NCBI GenBank assembly: GCA_040954595.2
Contig: CM082580.2
Location: 4,020,783-4,084,782, forward strand
Length of the DNA stretch: 64,000 nt
Direction: 5' to 3'
Source of the DNA: Balanoglossus misakiensis
Lineage: Eukaryota; Animalia; Hemichordata
A program made the translations under genes and the position numbers. This document shows, piece after piece, positions 24,001 through 36,493 of this stretch; position 1 is the first letter of the stretch, and the number at the start of each line of letters is the position of its first letter. Under the pieces are notes generated by a model that was not told the origin of the DNA, searched no databases, and saw only the letters and a program-made list of their open reading frames with translations.

Positions 24001-26716
24001 CTATTTTTCGGTTACAGCATAAAATAACAATAGATGTGTTAATTACAATCCAATTTAATTGGGAGGCCACTTCGCACCTCTCCTATACAAGGACCCCCGT
24101 GGGACGCCTGTCACTCATCACACAGTGGGGATTGTTGCTCCGTCACAATTGACATGTCGCATTGAATTGAGTTTGGTCCCATCCATGAGCAACTCCAAGC
24201 CACCTGATATACCACCAGCCTGAAGTCCACAGATAGTTTCACGTCTATCGTGTGGAGTGCTCCAGCTGGTTACATATGGGCGAACAACAAACAGGAACAT
24301 GCAGAAACCAGCGTGAACTCCGACGATAATTAGTCATCTCCCGACAACCTCAGATGGCGTAAATTTGGGAAATTCATTCGAGGTTCATGCGTTGCGTTAC
24401 TATATTGTAATTAATAAATGTGTATACAATAGAGATTGTGGAATTTAAGAAACTGCGTCATGGACTTAATTACAGACTTGGCCGCGATATTGCACAGAGG
24501 CTGCAGTTTAGCTTATACTCACTGCCGCGGAGAACAACTACAAGTCACATTTTATCGTCTAGGTATTAATACGACTGGCATATCTGAACGGAACAGCGCG
24601 TGCCAAACCGAATTATACTGAAAAATAAGTCAAATCTTCAATTACCCGGCAACGTGTTCAACGAGGCATGCTTCCACTTTGCCGGGCGTCTGTGCCTCCA
24701 GGGACCGTGAGCAGTCGAAGGACAGACTATACAAGTCGGCTGTTTTAGCAGTCTCGAAAGCCTTCTTTTAGCTTTTTCATACACACAGAAAAAAATCAAA
24801 CGTATTATTTGTTTTCCGACCGAAGCATAATATCGACCAATTTGCGCGTTTCTGGCGGAGGGCAGGGGGGCATTTACGCGACACAAAAGTGTGAATCTAA
24901 AGAATTCCTGCTGTATACATTACACCAATAGCCAAGACATTCCAAACAGCGTTTTCTCACTTGAAGCCCTGCCCAACACATTCCCAACATATCCATCAAA
25001 CCAGTCAGCCACGGTGCTGTTTACTAAATCCCATCATTTCACCGGAGTTTTCTGTCATCACTCTTGCTGTGGGTTGCCCGTAGACACATGTACGGCCGTC
25101 GCTTTGTTCCGCTTGGAGTGGGTGCTAAGCGATCGCTTCAATGTAACTCTCGCCATGCACCCCCTTCACAAATTGATTTTCAATCAGGTCGAAGTCGCTG
25201 GGTCGTTTTTCATAAATGCTCGACTGGGTTTGAAGCCACGGCTGTGATAAATGGCGGCTTGTATCGGTATAATCCAAATCCACAAATCAAAGTATTTTTT
25301 TCTCTTAAAGCCCATTTTCAAACGCAATTTCAAGATGCAATGTAGGTCAGCTGAAATTAAATTTGAAACTTTTTTTATCTGTTGCAACATGTGAATCCAC
25401 CTCTAAGATTCGTAATTAATTCCGAGTGCGAATTGATAACGTCGTAATGGTGAGACATCTCGAGAATTATGTACGCTCTCTGTATCAGTCGTTTTACACG
25501 TATTTAACATGGTTCAGTCGCATAAGTAGCGCCAAAAAACGTCCTGAAAAATCGAACTCTCGGCCCACATTTAGAGCATCTTCCGGCCATAACTCGAAGT
25601 CCATTGTGCGTTGGCCGCCGTCAAATGACAAGAGTTGGGTCTGCATTCCACTAAAGCTAGGATATGACAGATTGTTTTATTTTTTATTGTTGGACAGAAG
25701 AACTTTACAGGGGTCGGGGCGCAGCTATAGTGGCAAGTTGGCAATAAAGTTAGCACTCCGTGACCAACCACTTGGGGGATGAAAGATGAAGCCAACCAGT
25801 GAACGCTGAATGGGAAATACGGGGGCACAGAGGTCAACGTGTAATGGTGTAGTAATGCGCCTTAGTTGTAATGGTCACAAATAAATTGTTCACATCGCTG
25901 ATTTATTCCTTCAAAGACACTAATGATAGATTGTCAGGCTTTTGCGCAGGTTGTTTGAAACTTATCACGTGAGTGATAAATTATTCATGACTCTAGTGGC
26001 TTGCGCCCCGAAGGCATCGCTGTGGAGAAAATGCCTCAAAGACAAAACTTTAGTGTCTCTATTAAAAGTCACAATTTGTCCCGAGAAAACAAGTTTTTAA
26101 GGTTCCCTGGGGGAACAATTTAACAAGTGAATCAAATTTGTCTGCACATACCTCTGCCGGGGTTGTCGCCGCTGTCTATGGGGATTTCACCTTCATAAAT
26201 TGTCACCGTGTCTATTATCTCGCCATCTCCCTCTGAAGTGGAATTCTTCATTGAGTCTGTGATGCACAGGTCGTTGTCCCGTGGAAGTTTGTCACAGCGC
26301 AACATATCTGGCCAGGGGTAGCCGTGGACTAGCATTACCGGGGAGCAGCGGTCTCTCACCTTCTCGCAAAGCGACCGACAAGGGTAGATGGGACGGTCGA
26401 GACACACCGGTGCGAACAGGGAGCAGAGAAAGAGCTGAGTTTCGGGGTGACACCGCTGACTTAGAAGCGGCACCCAGCTGCTCGCTTGCTGCTTGACTTC
26501 GGGTATACTGTCATGGTCCAATAAATTAGGCATTCTCATTTGCTTGTATCCAATGTTTGCGCACAGGCTCATGTCTGATGGTATTGGAACACAGGTAGGT
26601 TTTGTTATTCGGCCGCCTAAGTCCACCACATAGCTCCACGTTGGGGCGACGATTGCCAGCAGATACAATAGCAGTGGTAGACGGAGCAACGACATACACC
26701 AGGTCGACATCTTCAT
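20534..26716 (-). CDS. SFRP: Secreted frizzled-related protein (sFRP1/2/5 group), 316 aa; exons 26716-26152, 23619-23539, 20838-20534
   Basis: Signal peptide; Frizzled CRD (CVPIPSDMSLCANIGYKQMRMPNLLDH...CHPETQLFLCSLFAPVCLDRPIYPCRSLC...WPDMLRCD); exon 2 VCERC...YCNADF; basic NTR domain ending in C. Splice phases 1-1 sum to 951 nt. Confidence 0.95.
21049..21094. repeat. (ATTG)n microsatellite in sFRP intron 2
   Basis: Read directly from the sequence. Confidence 0.95.
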
Positions 26717-27130
26717 TAGTCTGTGTCAGAAAATAATAAGTCGATTGTTCCTTTAGAAAAAGAAAACGCAAGTCCCTTTACCACTGACGGACTATCTGTA
26801 CCTTCTTAACGACATGCGTGGTCCAACAGCCGGTGGTGACAATATAATGGATTTAGTGAGTGCTGTGCCAAGCAGACTCCTGTCCGACCAAAATTCTGCA
26901 CTGCACTGACAAAGGTCTTCACACTCGGAAACTTGTACACTCGTATACGTTCTTGTTATGACTTGGTTTGGTACGATACCATTACGGTGCAGGGGTGTCC
27001 CGTGAAACTTAGCTATTTCCAGCGAAGTGGATGAAGGTAGTAAAGTCTGACTGGCCGGCTACCAGTCTATGAGCGAGGAGACAGCTCCGTTTCTGGCAAG
27101 ACTTGTTTGACCGACTGCCAGTATATCCAC

Positions 27131-27164
27131 TGTGTACATAACTGAGAATCTTGCATATTTTATA
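27131..27164 (-). promoter_or_regulatory. TATA box and Inr-like core promoter of sFRP
   Basis: TATAAAA on the minus strand at 27164-27158, followed by TCAGTT/CAGT initiator-like motifs, about 420 nt upstream of the ATG. Confidence 0.45.
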
Positions 27165-29843
27165 GCGTTAACGTGTTAATTATGGGCGGTGAATTGATCA
27201 GCTGATTCTATTGACTTGGAGTCAATTTAAACTGTGAAATTGGACGTCAATCACCGAGGCAAACGTCCATCACCCTTGATAATAACTCGTTTAGTTAATT
27301 TGGACCACCCCCCTGTAAGGAGACAGGCAAACACAACACGGGAACTCATTAAGTTGCAGCAAACTGTTGTGTGTGCACTTGGCTGATAAAGGCAGTCCCA
27401 CCGTGGCTATTGAAGCCCTTGTGTGCATAAAAGTCTCCCCACGACTTTGTTTGCGATTCTATAGGTACAGCGGTTCACAATGCTTAGCCCAGCAGGTAAG
27501 GTAAACGGGGCCGGGAAGTAATTTGAGGCAAATTGTTATTTTTCAGAGTGTATGTAGAAACACGGAGAGACATGCTGTCAACACCAAAATTGGTTGAAAT
27601 GTCTGCGTCTGCATAAAACGTTTACTGGTGTGTATACATGTCAGCAATTGTAACCGGATATAGAGATATAGAGTGACTCACTTGTCTGAACTCGGGTTAC
27701 TTTTCAACGCCGTTGTTCAATTTTGCCCTTCGGGAACTACTGCAGCCATCCACATTCCTCTCTGCCAATAACGCGCCCTGTAAACATCACCAAAGGGCTC
27801 GATAGAGAAAAAAATTGAATCCGCACTTTAAGAATTTAACAATTAAATCACAAGTCGTACCATGAATTTTTCTCTTTAAGATCATAATTTTTGAGAAAGA
27901 TTGAAAAAGAAATATTTCATGGCCCGATTAAATCGAGACACCGGTGCGATTTAAAAGTTTACTCATAGTCATGTCATGAACTCCTTGTGCTGACGATATT
28001 ATCACCCAGTTTACTTCAGCGACGCCCAAACGGTGATCGACTAATATCACGACTAATATGTTGAGATTCATCTCGGAGAAATTTGATGACTTTGGTGAAT
28101 TTTCATTTCTTGCACTGGTAGTTGCCTCGACCACGGTCGGAGAGCAAGACCTTGGCGGGCGAAGATGCATTGCAAATGACTTGTTAGTAACATGAACCAC
28201 GGTCCATGTGAACCGAAGGCGCCTAGGGTAAAGTGGCGTTATAGGTAGACGGTAGACTTGCTCCAAGTCTATGGGCTGTGTAGGGAACGTGTCGGCTTGG
28301 TCGACGCTACCCGAAACCACAAGCTCAGTCGCAAATTCGAAACTCGCCTCACTACCAAAAACACGCTTAAGGCAAGCATGCATGCAAAAAGTATTGAAAT
28401 TATTTATTAAGACAAAAAAACACCGAAAACACAAAAAGTATTGAGATTTAAAAATCACCAAGCGACTAGTGGGCTAGTCTAGGTAGACGGCTAACGTAGA
28501 CATATATACGGTACTTGTGCGGCTATGGACAGATGATGCCGTGGTATTTTTGAGTTCATACACAGACAAGCTGCAACTACATTGTCCTCCAAGGATATTG
28601 TCCAAATATGTAAAAGAGGAGAGCAGAAAACCCAGAGCAGAAAAGTTCGAGAATGTGAATAGAAATATTTGCGGATAACGACAGATTTTTGCTTATACGT
28701 GATAAACATATACAAATTGGCGCAACAACTCTTTGTTAAGATCAGAATCGAAAGTTATGTGTTTTTGACAACCAAGATTTGGTAAATGTTTATTTCCAAA
28801 GCTATAATATCATTTTATAACATTTCCACTTAATCTGCATAGTTTTTATTACCATAATGCAAACTAGCCAGTTTAACATGACCTTACGCAACAAATATTC
28901 TGTAACATGTTTATAAAGAGTGGGTGGTCGGACACGTTTAATTTTACATAATAATACTAGAGTGATCAAGACGTTTCACGTAGGAAAACTTTGTTTGTCA
29001 CCACTGGCACCTGAAATTGACGGGACGGTTAAGATAAAATTAGCAATTATTATAGAAAATACATTTATGTCATACGAGCTAATCAGTGGTGTTTTCTAAA
29101 TTCAATCGACAATTGTTAGCTTACTTCACAGAAATACTACTTTTGAAAAAAAACACGTCAAACGTGGAAGACAAATTTAATTACCCACATTATATGAATA
29201 CAGTAAGACTTAAAATACTCAGTCGTGCTCGGAGCATAAAATGAACAAGTTTCAAACAAATACTATACTGAGTATTACACATTTTGAATTATGAAAAGTT
29301 GCTTGGAATAAAATACATTTCATCTCACAAATTAACTAAATTTTCGCTTTTTAAACATTTCAAACAACGCAAATATTTAGTGCAGATCTGAGAACTTCTT
29401 TTTCAGTCTCTCTTCCCTTTTCCGACCCGGCGCCTTTCCCGAGTTTTAAAGGTGGATCCCTAAATACTGGGATTTAAGGGTATCGCCAGACAGATATGGG
29501 GAACAATCGGCCATTTATTAGTTGCATAACGCACAGATAAACTGCGCCATAACATGATATGCAGTATACCCAAGCTCATCACGTTTTAAATTCCAACCCC
29601 GCCACGACCTGTCCTCTTAGCACATGTAGCACGCCACTTATACACGCTGAATAAAATTGTGCCTGATGGCGACCACGTGTCGTTTCTTTCTATGTAAACA
29701 AAAGAAGCACATTTTACACAGATGAAATATTTGTTGGAGATGTAAACTTGTCGTAATTGGTCTAGAAATATGTGATGGGCCGATGTGTCAGCTTTAATGT
29801 TCAATATCACAACCGAACACAGTTTGTGGGTTGAACAATATGG

Positions 29844-30131
29844 AGGCCAAATAAAAAAATATGTGCTGTTCCGATCCCCCGACCTATCCTAATGTTAGCC
29901 CGCCGACCCTAAACATTTTAGAGCGTCGTAAATCGGAAGTAAAAAATAACGATGTCAATTATACAAAATTTATGAAAATTGCGAGAATCACGCAAGAACT
30001 ATGACGTCATTCTTCTACACTTTTACGGCCAAAGATATAAAAAAATCGCAAAATAAAAAAATTTCCCTACCTACCTACCCTATTTTTGAAAACCATGTAA
30101 TCGGAACAGAACATATTATTTTTTTGGACTA
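29844..30131. mobile_element. Probable MITE with GGCCAAA-type ends
   Basis: Imperfect TIRs AGGCCAAATAAAAAAATATGTGCTGTTCCGAT / ATCGGAACAGAACATATTATTTTTTTGGACT; internal CCTACCTACCTACCC. Confidence 0.6.
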
Positions 30132-33100
30132 TATAGTATTCTACACACTGTGCTTTCAACCTAAACACACAAAGATGTTGACTCTGCAGAGTACTGCATG
30201 CTATTTGGAGTAGAACTAGAAATTTTATTAAGTACAGAGAACAAAATAGTGAACTTATAAAAGCGGCTTGGAGCTAACGTCCCTTTAATCGGCAAATAAC
30301 TGATGGAAGTATCCCAGCAGAGAATTACTTGGAATGTCTCATCATGGTTCTAAATCGCAAATAATTATGGTAAGGAAAAGTCAATTTGATATCAGTGTCT
30401 CTGTCCGTCAGCAAGCAGGGTTTGTTTTATTCTGTTACGTGCGCAGAACCTGCCGTGTCCATTTTCTTACTCTAACCCGCCTATACGTGTTTTCCATCAA
30501 CGTCCGCGTAGACGCTTTATAAATAAATTTGGCACCTAAAAGTACGTCCTTCGGTTCCGTGTTTTTTTTTCTTCTCCGGAGCTGAGTTTTCACTCATTAA
30601 GAGTACGCGGGGGTCTCTTAATTCTGCATGAGCAAGTCAGCGACAAGGACGCTGCAGTCATTCGATGTCACGGGGTCGCGGCCATCATTGACAGGCGCTG
30701 TACGGATGATATCATAACACTTTCTTGTGCCTCTGATTCAGTTGGACCGTATTGACCTCCAGTAAAAAAAATAATAAGATAATACGACACTGGTTGACGA
30801 CAGTTTACATGAACATGACCGTGATCTTCAACCCACTCGAACCATTCAAGAGCGAAAAATGAAACAAACGTACTAGGCTTAGCTACGTGACATTGGGCTT
30901 GATGATATTGCCATTCAAAGTTCAAGGTGGTTTCCAGTTGCCCCGAGAAACATCAACAAGGTCTCACAAGGAATACATACTATGTACACGACCTTTTTTT
31001 TTATATAGAAAGCCGTATACGGTGACTGGCACGTTATATTTTCACTATGGCCAAGATGCACTCCGATCGCGGGAATCTTTATGGAACACCAACTTTGACT
31101 ACCGTAAGAGTTTCACACACCCTCCTTCAAGTTCAACTGTTTAGCGATAAACCTCACAGGACTTTGATTAAACGACTCTAATATTTAGCATATATTTCTT
31201 TAAAGGGCTACTAGCTATAATTTGTGGCTACTATTGTCAGTATTTCTTGTTTCCTCTATCAAAAAGCTGACAAAGTTTGCCATGAAAAAATTATGTTATG
31301 ATCGAGGACAAATTCCAATTCATAACAATAGCATCAAGGACACTTTGCTCCAATTTGATTGATTAGAATCGGTGCACACCCAGCAAGTGTGACATACACA
31401 AATATTTTCTCAGTTTTCTACAAAACCTTCTGATATGCGTATGTTCGTTGTGATATAATGTCAGTAAATCTCAGTGATAGAGAAAAGTTATAATACGAAC
31501 CTATATATAGAAACCAATTTTTAACACACGCAGACACACGGTTTCGGATAAGTGTATTTCTTTTCGCCCAAATGCCAGGAACTGCTTCAAAAATTATTCC
31601 TTTTATACTCCTAAGATATTTCAATAAAATCAATTGTCACGCTATATCCTTGTATTGCCTTACTCAGTGTAAATAAAAACACATGCTACAGGTATATCGG
31701 CCGAAAGTTTTGATTTTTTCTTCCATCTTCAGAGAAACTCCGATTTTTTATTTATATTAAAGTACAGTTTACCGTATTATTCAAGAGTTGAATGACAGAA
31801 CCGCGATTTATTATTAACAACACCTCTAATTGCATTCATGGCAGTTGCCGGGATTAACGGGGCTCTTGAACAAATCGACCTTTGACCTGTCATGTTGGTA
31901 AAAGGTAATACCAAGTCAACGAAAAGGATAAAAACTTCCAAACAGTTCACCCCAACTCTCAACGACGTGATCGACAAACAATCATAGTCACATTACCTGT
32001 CACTAGTTGATTGGTCGATTTCAACCGGTAGGTCTCGACGGGCTATGAGCGTAGTACAAATAATCGAAACCCGAAATTCAAACACCGATACTACTGGACA
32101 CTGGACTTGGTCGGTAATTTTAACACGTTTTAACTGTTGCTATGACTGTCCGAAAATAGTAATTGATAACTAAATAAGGATTTTGAACCCGACAAGTACT
32201 TAACAAGCGTGACTATGGCAACAGCTGCGTGCTATAATTGATCTCTCCTGAAATCTCCGGGCTCGGTAGCCACGCGTACAGGTATGTAGTTGAGGCCGCG
32301 GCTATTTTTCTTCCAGCAGAAAGCCCCGTAGGCAGCTGGTAGCATGTAATTTGACAACTGAGTGTATTGTTTATCTATCACTCAGAAAGTTAAACAGGCC
32401 CTAATCGTATGTCCAGACAGCTTACAAGGGCCAGTAAACTACAATAACAACCCGAAGGTTCAATTTGCGACAGATTGGCTCTGTCCGGCGCATGCAGCTT
32501 TATGCAGTGACCACTACAATGCTCAGTCCACAACCAGCTGATTTTTTGCACTAGAGTGGTGCACGTGGTGACGGTTTTGTGTTATTTTGTATGAAAGGAA
32601 CTGTGGTTTGTGTTGATGGAAACTTATAAGGCGATCAGTTGGACGCGGATGTGGAAAGCAGTATTCAGTAGGAATATTTTTGAGGTCTGGATGGGTGGGT
32701 GGGTGGCCACAATACTCCAAACATCCGTACAGGACGCCTGAAACTTTGATGGACAGTTGTGTTTTCTGAATGGGTGGGAAAAGAGGAAGGTTATTGATCG
32801 CAGCTTTTTTATGACGAGAGGCTGCCAATGAATGGCAATGGCACGTAGCGAGTCGAAAATGAACTGGTTTGTCATTGTGTCAGACCAGCCGGTGCGAAAA
32901 AGGCAGTCAGGGCGACCAACGCAACACACTCGGCGGGATACTTCAGTGAGTGTGGGAGCCATGGCAACCTGAATGAGCCAATTACCTGCCCCATTTAGGG
33001 GTTTAATTGCAACGGATTCTTTGACAGACAACAATACAATGGAGCTTACAAGTCAAAACCGCAGTCTGCCGCCATCAATGGATCCACGTAGACCTCTCAG

Positions 33101-34129
33101 GCGAAACCACACAGACATTTCAAGAGGAGTATTTCGCGCAATTTCGCCCGTCTAGACAAGGAGAAGGAAATCAATGTCTTGACCATTATCTTTGATTGAT
33201 GCATTCGGGCAAAATCTGACAATAAATCAATTTGTGTCAGACGACACGCAGTCCGGTGCACGCTCTTTTGTGGAGTGACCGTGTCCGGTATGAGACTGAA
33301 CCCAACGGCGTGCAAGGTCCACTCCAATCTTGCAGCAGTGTCTCAAAACACTTCTGTACTTCCAAACGAACGGAAAATTCACGAACCTAAAAGCGTGAAA
33401 TTTAATCAAATCAACATGGCGAAGCTAAAACTACGGGGAGGGGGGGGGGATATTGGCAGATTGCAACGAGCAACTACTGACAACCAGTGTCCTCAACGTA
33501 TTAAGAGATCCGCTGTTGACTTCACCGTTCCATTTAACACAATGTAATCTTTGAAATGTAACACAAACAAGATGACAATGCCGCCAGCCATGGGATTGTT
33601 ATACCGGGCTGGTCCACCGTTGCTTGTTTAACGGTATTATCGTCCAGTCCCCTTTGTATCCCCCCGCCTGTCTTGAGAGTTTTACTTTCCTACTACGCCA
33701 ATTGCAAGTTTCCGGCAATTACCTTTTTCTTGCAAAGACGAATTAAACATTCTGAAAACGTTTGCTTGATATTTCTGGCTTAGGTATTGTTCTATCAAAC
33801 ATTCCTGTACCTCGGAAGCAAGATAATGTTTTCTCTAGTCATCGTAATTCATCAGTTTGATCAGACGAGAACGGGAACCCTTATAACCACGGTGCAAGGT
33901 GTGGCAGTATATGACAGTAGGGCAACAGCTGTAGTGAGCGTTATCCACAAAATGTGTTGTATGTTACACATAGCATAGTAGTCCCTCCATGCCACATCAA
34001 TTTTTTGAATGCCCCGTTGACTGTTTTTATGTGAGGTTGAATGAAGCGTTGTGCGTAATGATGGCACTGCGTGGTGTTTCGAATGCGACTGGCTGATGTG
34101 AAGTGTATAGTGTGAATAGCGCCCGGAGT

Positions 34130-34327
34130 TTAAAGGTATATGGTCACCTATGGAAAATTAGCTATAGTTACCATGGCAAGTTGAGATCTAGCCAATCACA
34201 GATTTTCAGTGGGTGGCACACGCGGAAAAAGAGCGCCACAGTGCTATATCTTCTTTAGAACACTCAAATACACCATTTCAGCCATGCGCGTATTTATATT
34301 GGGGGTGACCGTACCGTATACCTTTAA
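34130..34327. mobile_element. TTAA-flanked MITE family C
   Basis: TTAAAGGTATATGGTCACC...GGTGACCGTA..TATACCTTTAA; a second partial copy lies at about 58745-58884. Confidence 0.75.
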
Positions 34328-34489
34328 TCCGTCTCCACCACCGTACCATGACATAGTGCATTTGTATCATTCGATGTGCTTACAGTATGTTGGGAAATAC
34401 ACTGGAATTTAATCGATTTAATTGAAGTTTGAAGACAACATCTGGGGCTGTTCTGATCATAAAATGGAATGGTGTAATTTGTGGTGATA

Positions 34490-34603
34490 TTAAAGGCACA
34501 AAGTCTCTCTATCGATCGCTGCCCTTTTCCCAGTTATGTTTGATACAAGACAACACCGTTTGTGTTATTTTACATGAAGATGTATAGTGAACCAACGTTC
34601 GAT
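34490..34603. mobile_element. MITE family A fragment
   Basis: TTAAAGGCACAAAGTCTCTCT...GCTGCCCTTTT...TATGTTTGATACAAGACA. Confidence 0.7.
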
Positions 34604-36493
34604 TACAAGAATTAAAATTTACGCTACGATGCTAATGTGATGTGATGTTATTTGTGATTTTGAGGATCACGATGTCTGGCAATAGATTGAGTGATTGAGT
34701 GTTGTGATGTATAGAACTAAATCCGACGTCCATTTTAGTTACGTAGTATTCGGTGAGTAACGGTTGCCTGGATACAAGACGGTGACAACTGTCGTGCGCG
34801 AGATAATGCATGGGGAAGGAAACCGCCTCTACGTTGCAAGAGAGTAAAGCCAGGATTTCTGCAACCACAATCATTCTACAAAAGTCTCGGAAGTGCTTTG
34901 GAATGTTTGAATGATTTAACTCATTCCTGCGTCGATGAGAAGGACTGCTTGATTCAGAATCTCGCCGTAGAGTAGTTCCGTTGTTACACTTCTGTCTCCC
35001 CCAGAGGCAACGGATTTATGGTGAGTGTGAATAATTACAAAATAAATAATCCAAAGCTACAATAAACAGGATGAAAAGAGCAAAGATGGGGATTTAGCCG
35101 ACAAGCCACGTTAAGCTGGCAACAGGTAAAAATTCTGTGATCCAGACAGAATACCATGGTGACGGTACGGAGTTGTCAGCCATTACAATGCAGTACTTAT
35201 GTACCTGTCTGAGTTCATTTCAAAGAGTTGTTGATCTCCATGCTTGTGTTGACATTTTTTTTCAAAGATTGGAATGTTTCTGCAAGTAATTAGATGTCTC
35301 TTTGTAAACACGACGAATTGCTTATTTAAAAAGTGTTGCTGAATAGCAGGTTAATTTAACCAGTCAGATTTTGAGAAAAAAATATAACTGCCACATTGGA
35401 GTAGACTTTCAGACCGAAAAAAATAAAAACTAATCGTTTTAAGAGCACAACTGGTAATTGATGTCATTAATCATTGTCACATGGTTTTAATGCGTACTTA
35501 AAACCAAAGCTGGTGCTTCGTTGAGCTTATGGAGATGAGCAACCAATAAAATGGTAGGCCAGGTAAACATACGGGCGATGTACATTGATGCCCGGATGTG
35601 TGAAACTTGCAGTACACTGCACTGTAGTTGACGGCACTGACAACCGAAAAAGTGTCGAAGTGAGACACTTAAAAAAAACCATCAGCATTTTTTATTGACG
35701 TTGTCTGGTTCAGTGACCCTCATCTCACTTTTTTTCTCTCGTTTCTTTTCAAGACACCAATCAAACGACAATGCGACCAAGAATGTTAATTGACCATGGG
35801 AAATTCACTTCCCTTCGTTAACAGGCTGCGCGGGAACTTTCCTTTACATATACAATTTAATTGACAGTGTGGGCGCATCAATCGCGTGATGTAAGCGGAC
35901 AATCGAGAGCTTTGTCAAAAGTTCTCATCATTTTGAACAGAAACAGTCCAAACCGCAACAGGATGCCACGGACAACAGAGTAAACTGACGTTTCATAGCG
36001 TTTCCAAGGCCAGACTCAGCGCCAAGTCATGCCAAGACGATCTCAACTCCAAGGCATATTTTGCATTTGACCATCAGCAACGCAATTCCAGCGCAGTTTG
36101 AACTTCGAAAAGTAAAAACCACCACAACTAGCACCACCCCCGCCGCTGTCGCTGCCACCATCATCGTTTTTAGTTTTGTCAATTTAATTTTGATTTCAGT
36201 TTTACTATATCCATATCAGCCACTGTGCCATATTTAAGCGGGATTTGAGCCTGCATATTGACATTTCGTATTGTTAAGTTGATGATTGTATGTCTAGGGC
36301 AAGATTTTTCCACCGCTTTAATTTTCAAACTCATTTGCGATCCATAATTTAAAGTGCGCGATTTCATCCTGATTGGCGAGAGCGCAGTCTGGTCCCCTGC
36401 CCAATCCCCACCGCTGGCTGCGCTACGACCTTACTGGAGAGCGCAGCGCAGTTTAATACCCACAATGCGTTTCGGCGGAAACGGCTGTTCAAA

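Noticed and set aside
27928-28461. 177-aa minus-strand ORF upstream of sFRP
   Set aside because: Non-ATG start, no recognisable domain and no convincing splice partners; probably a chance ORF in GC-richer regulatory DNA.
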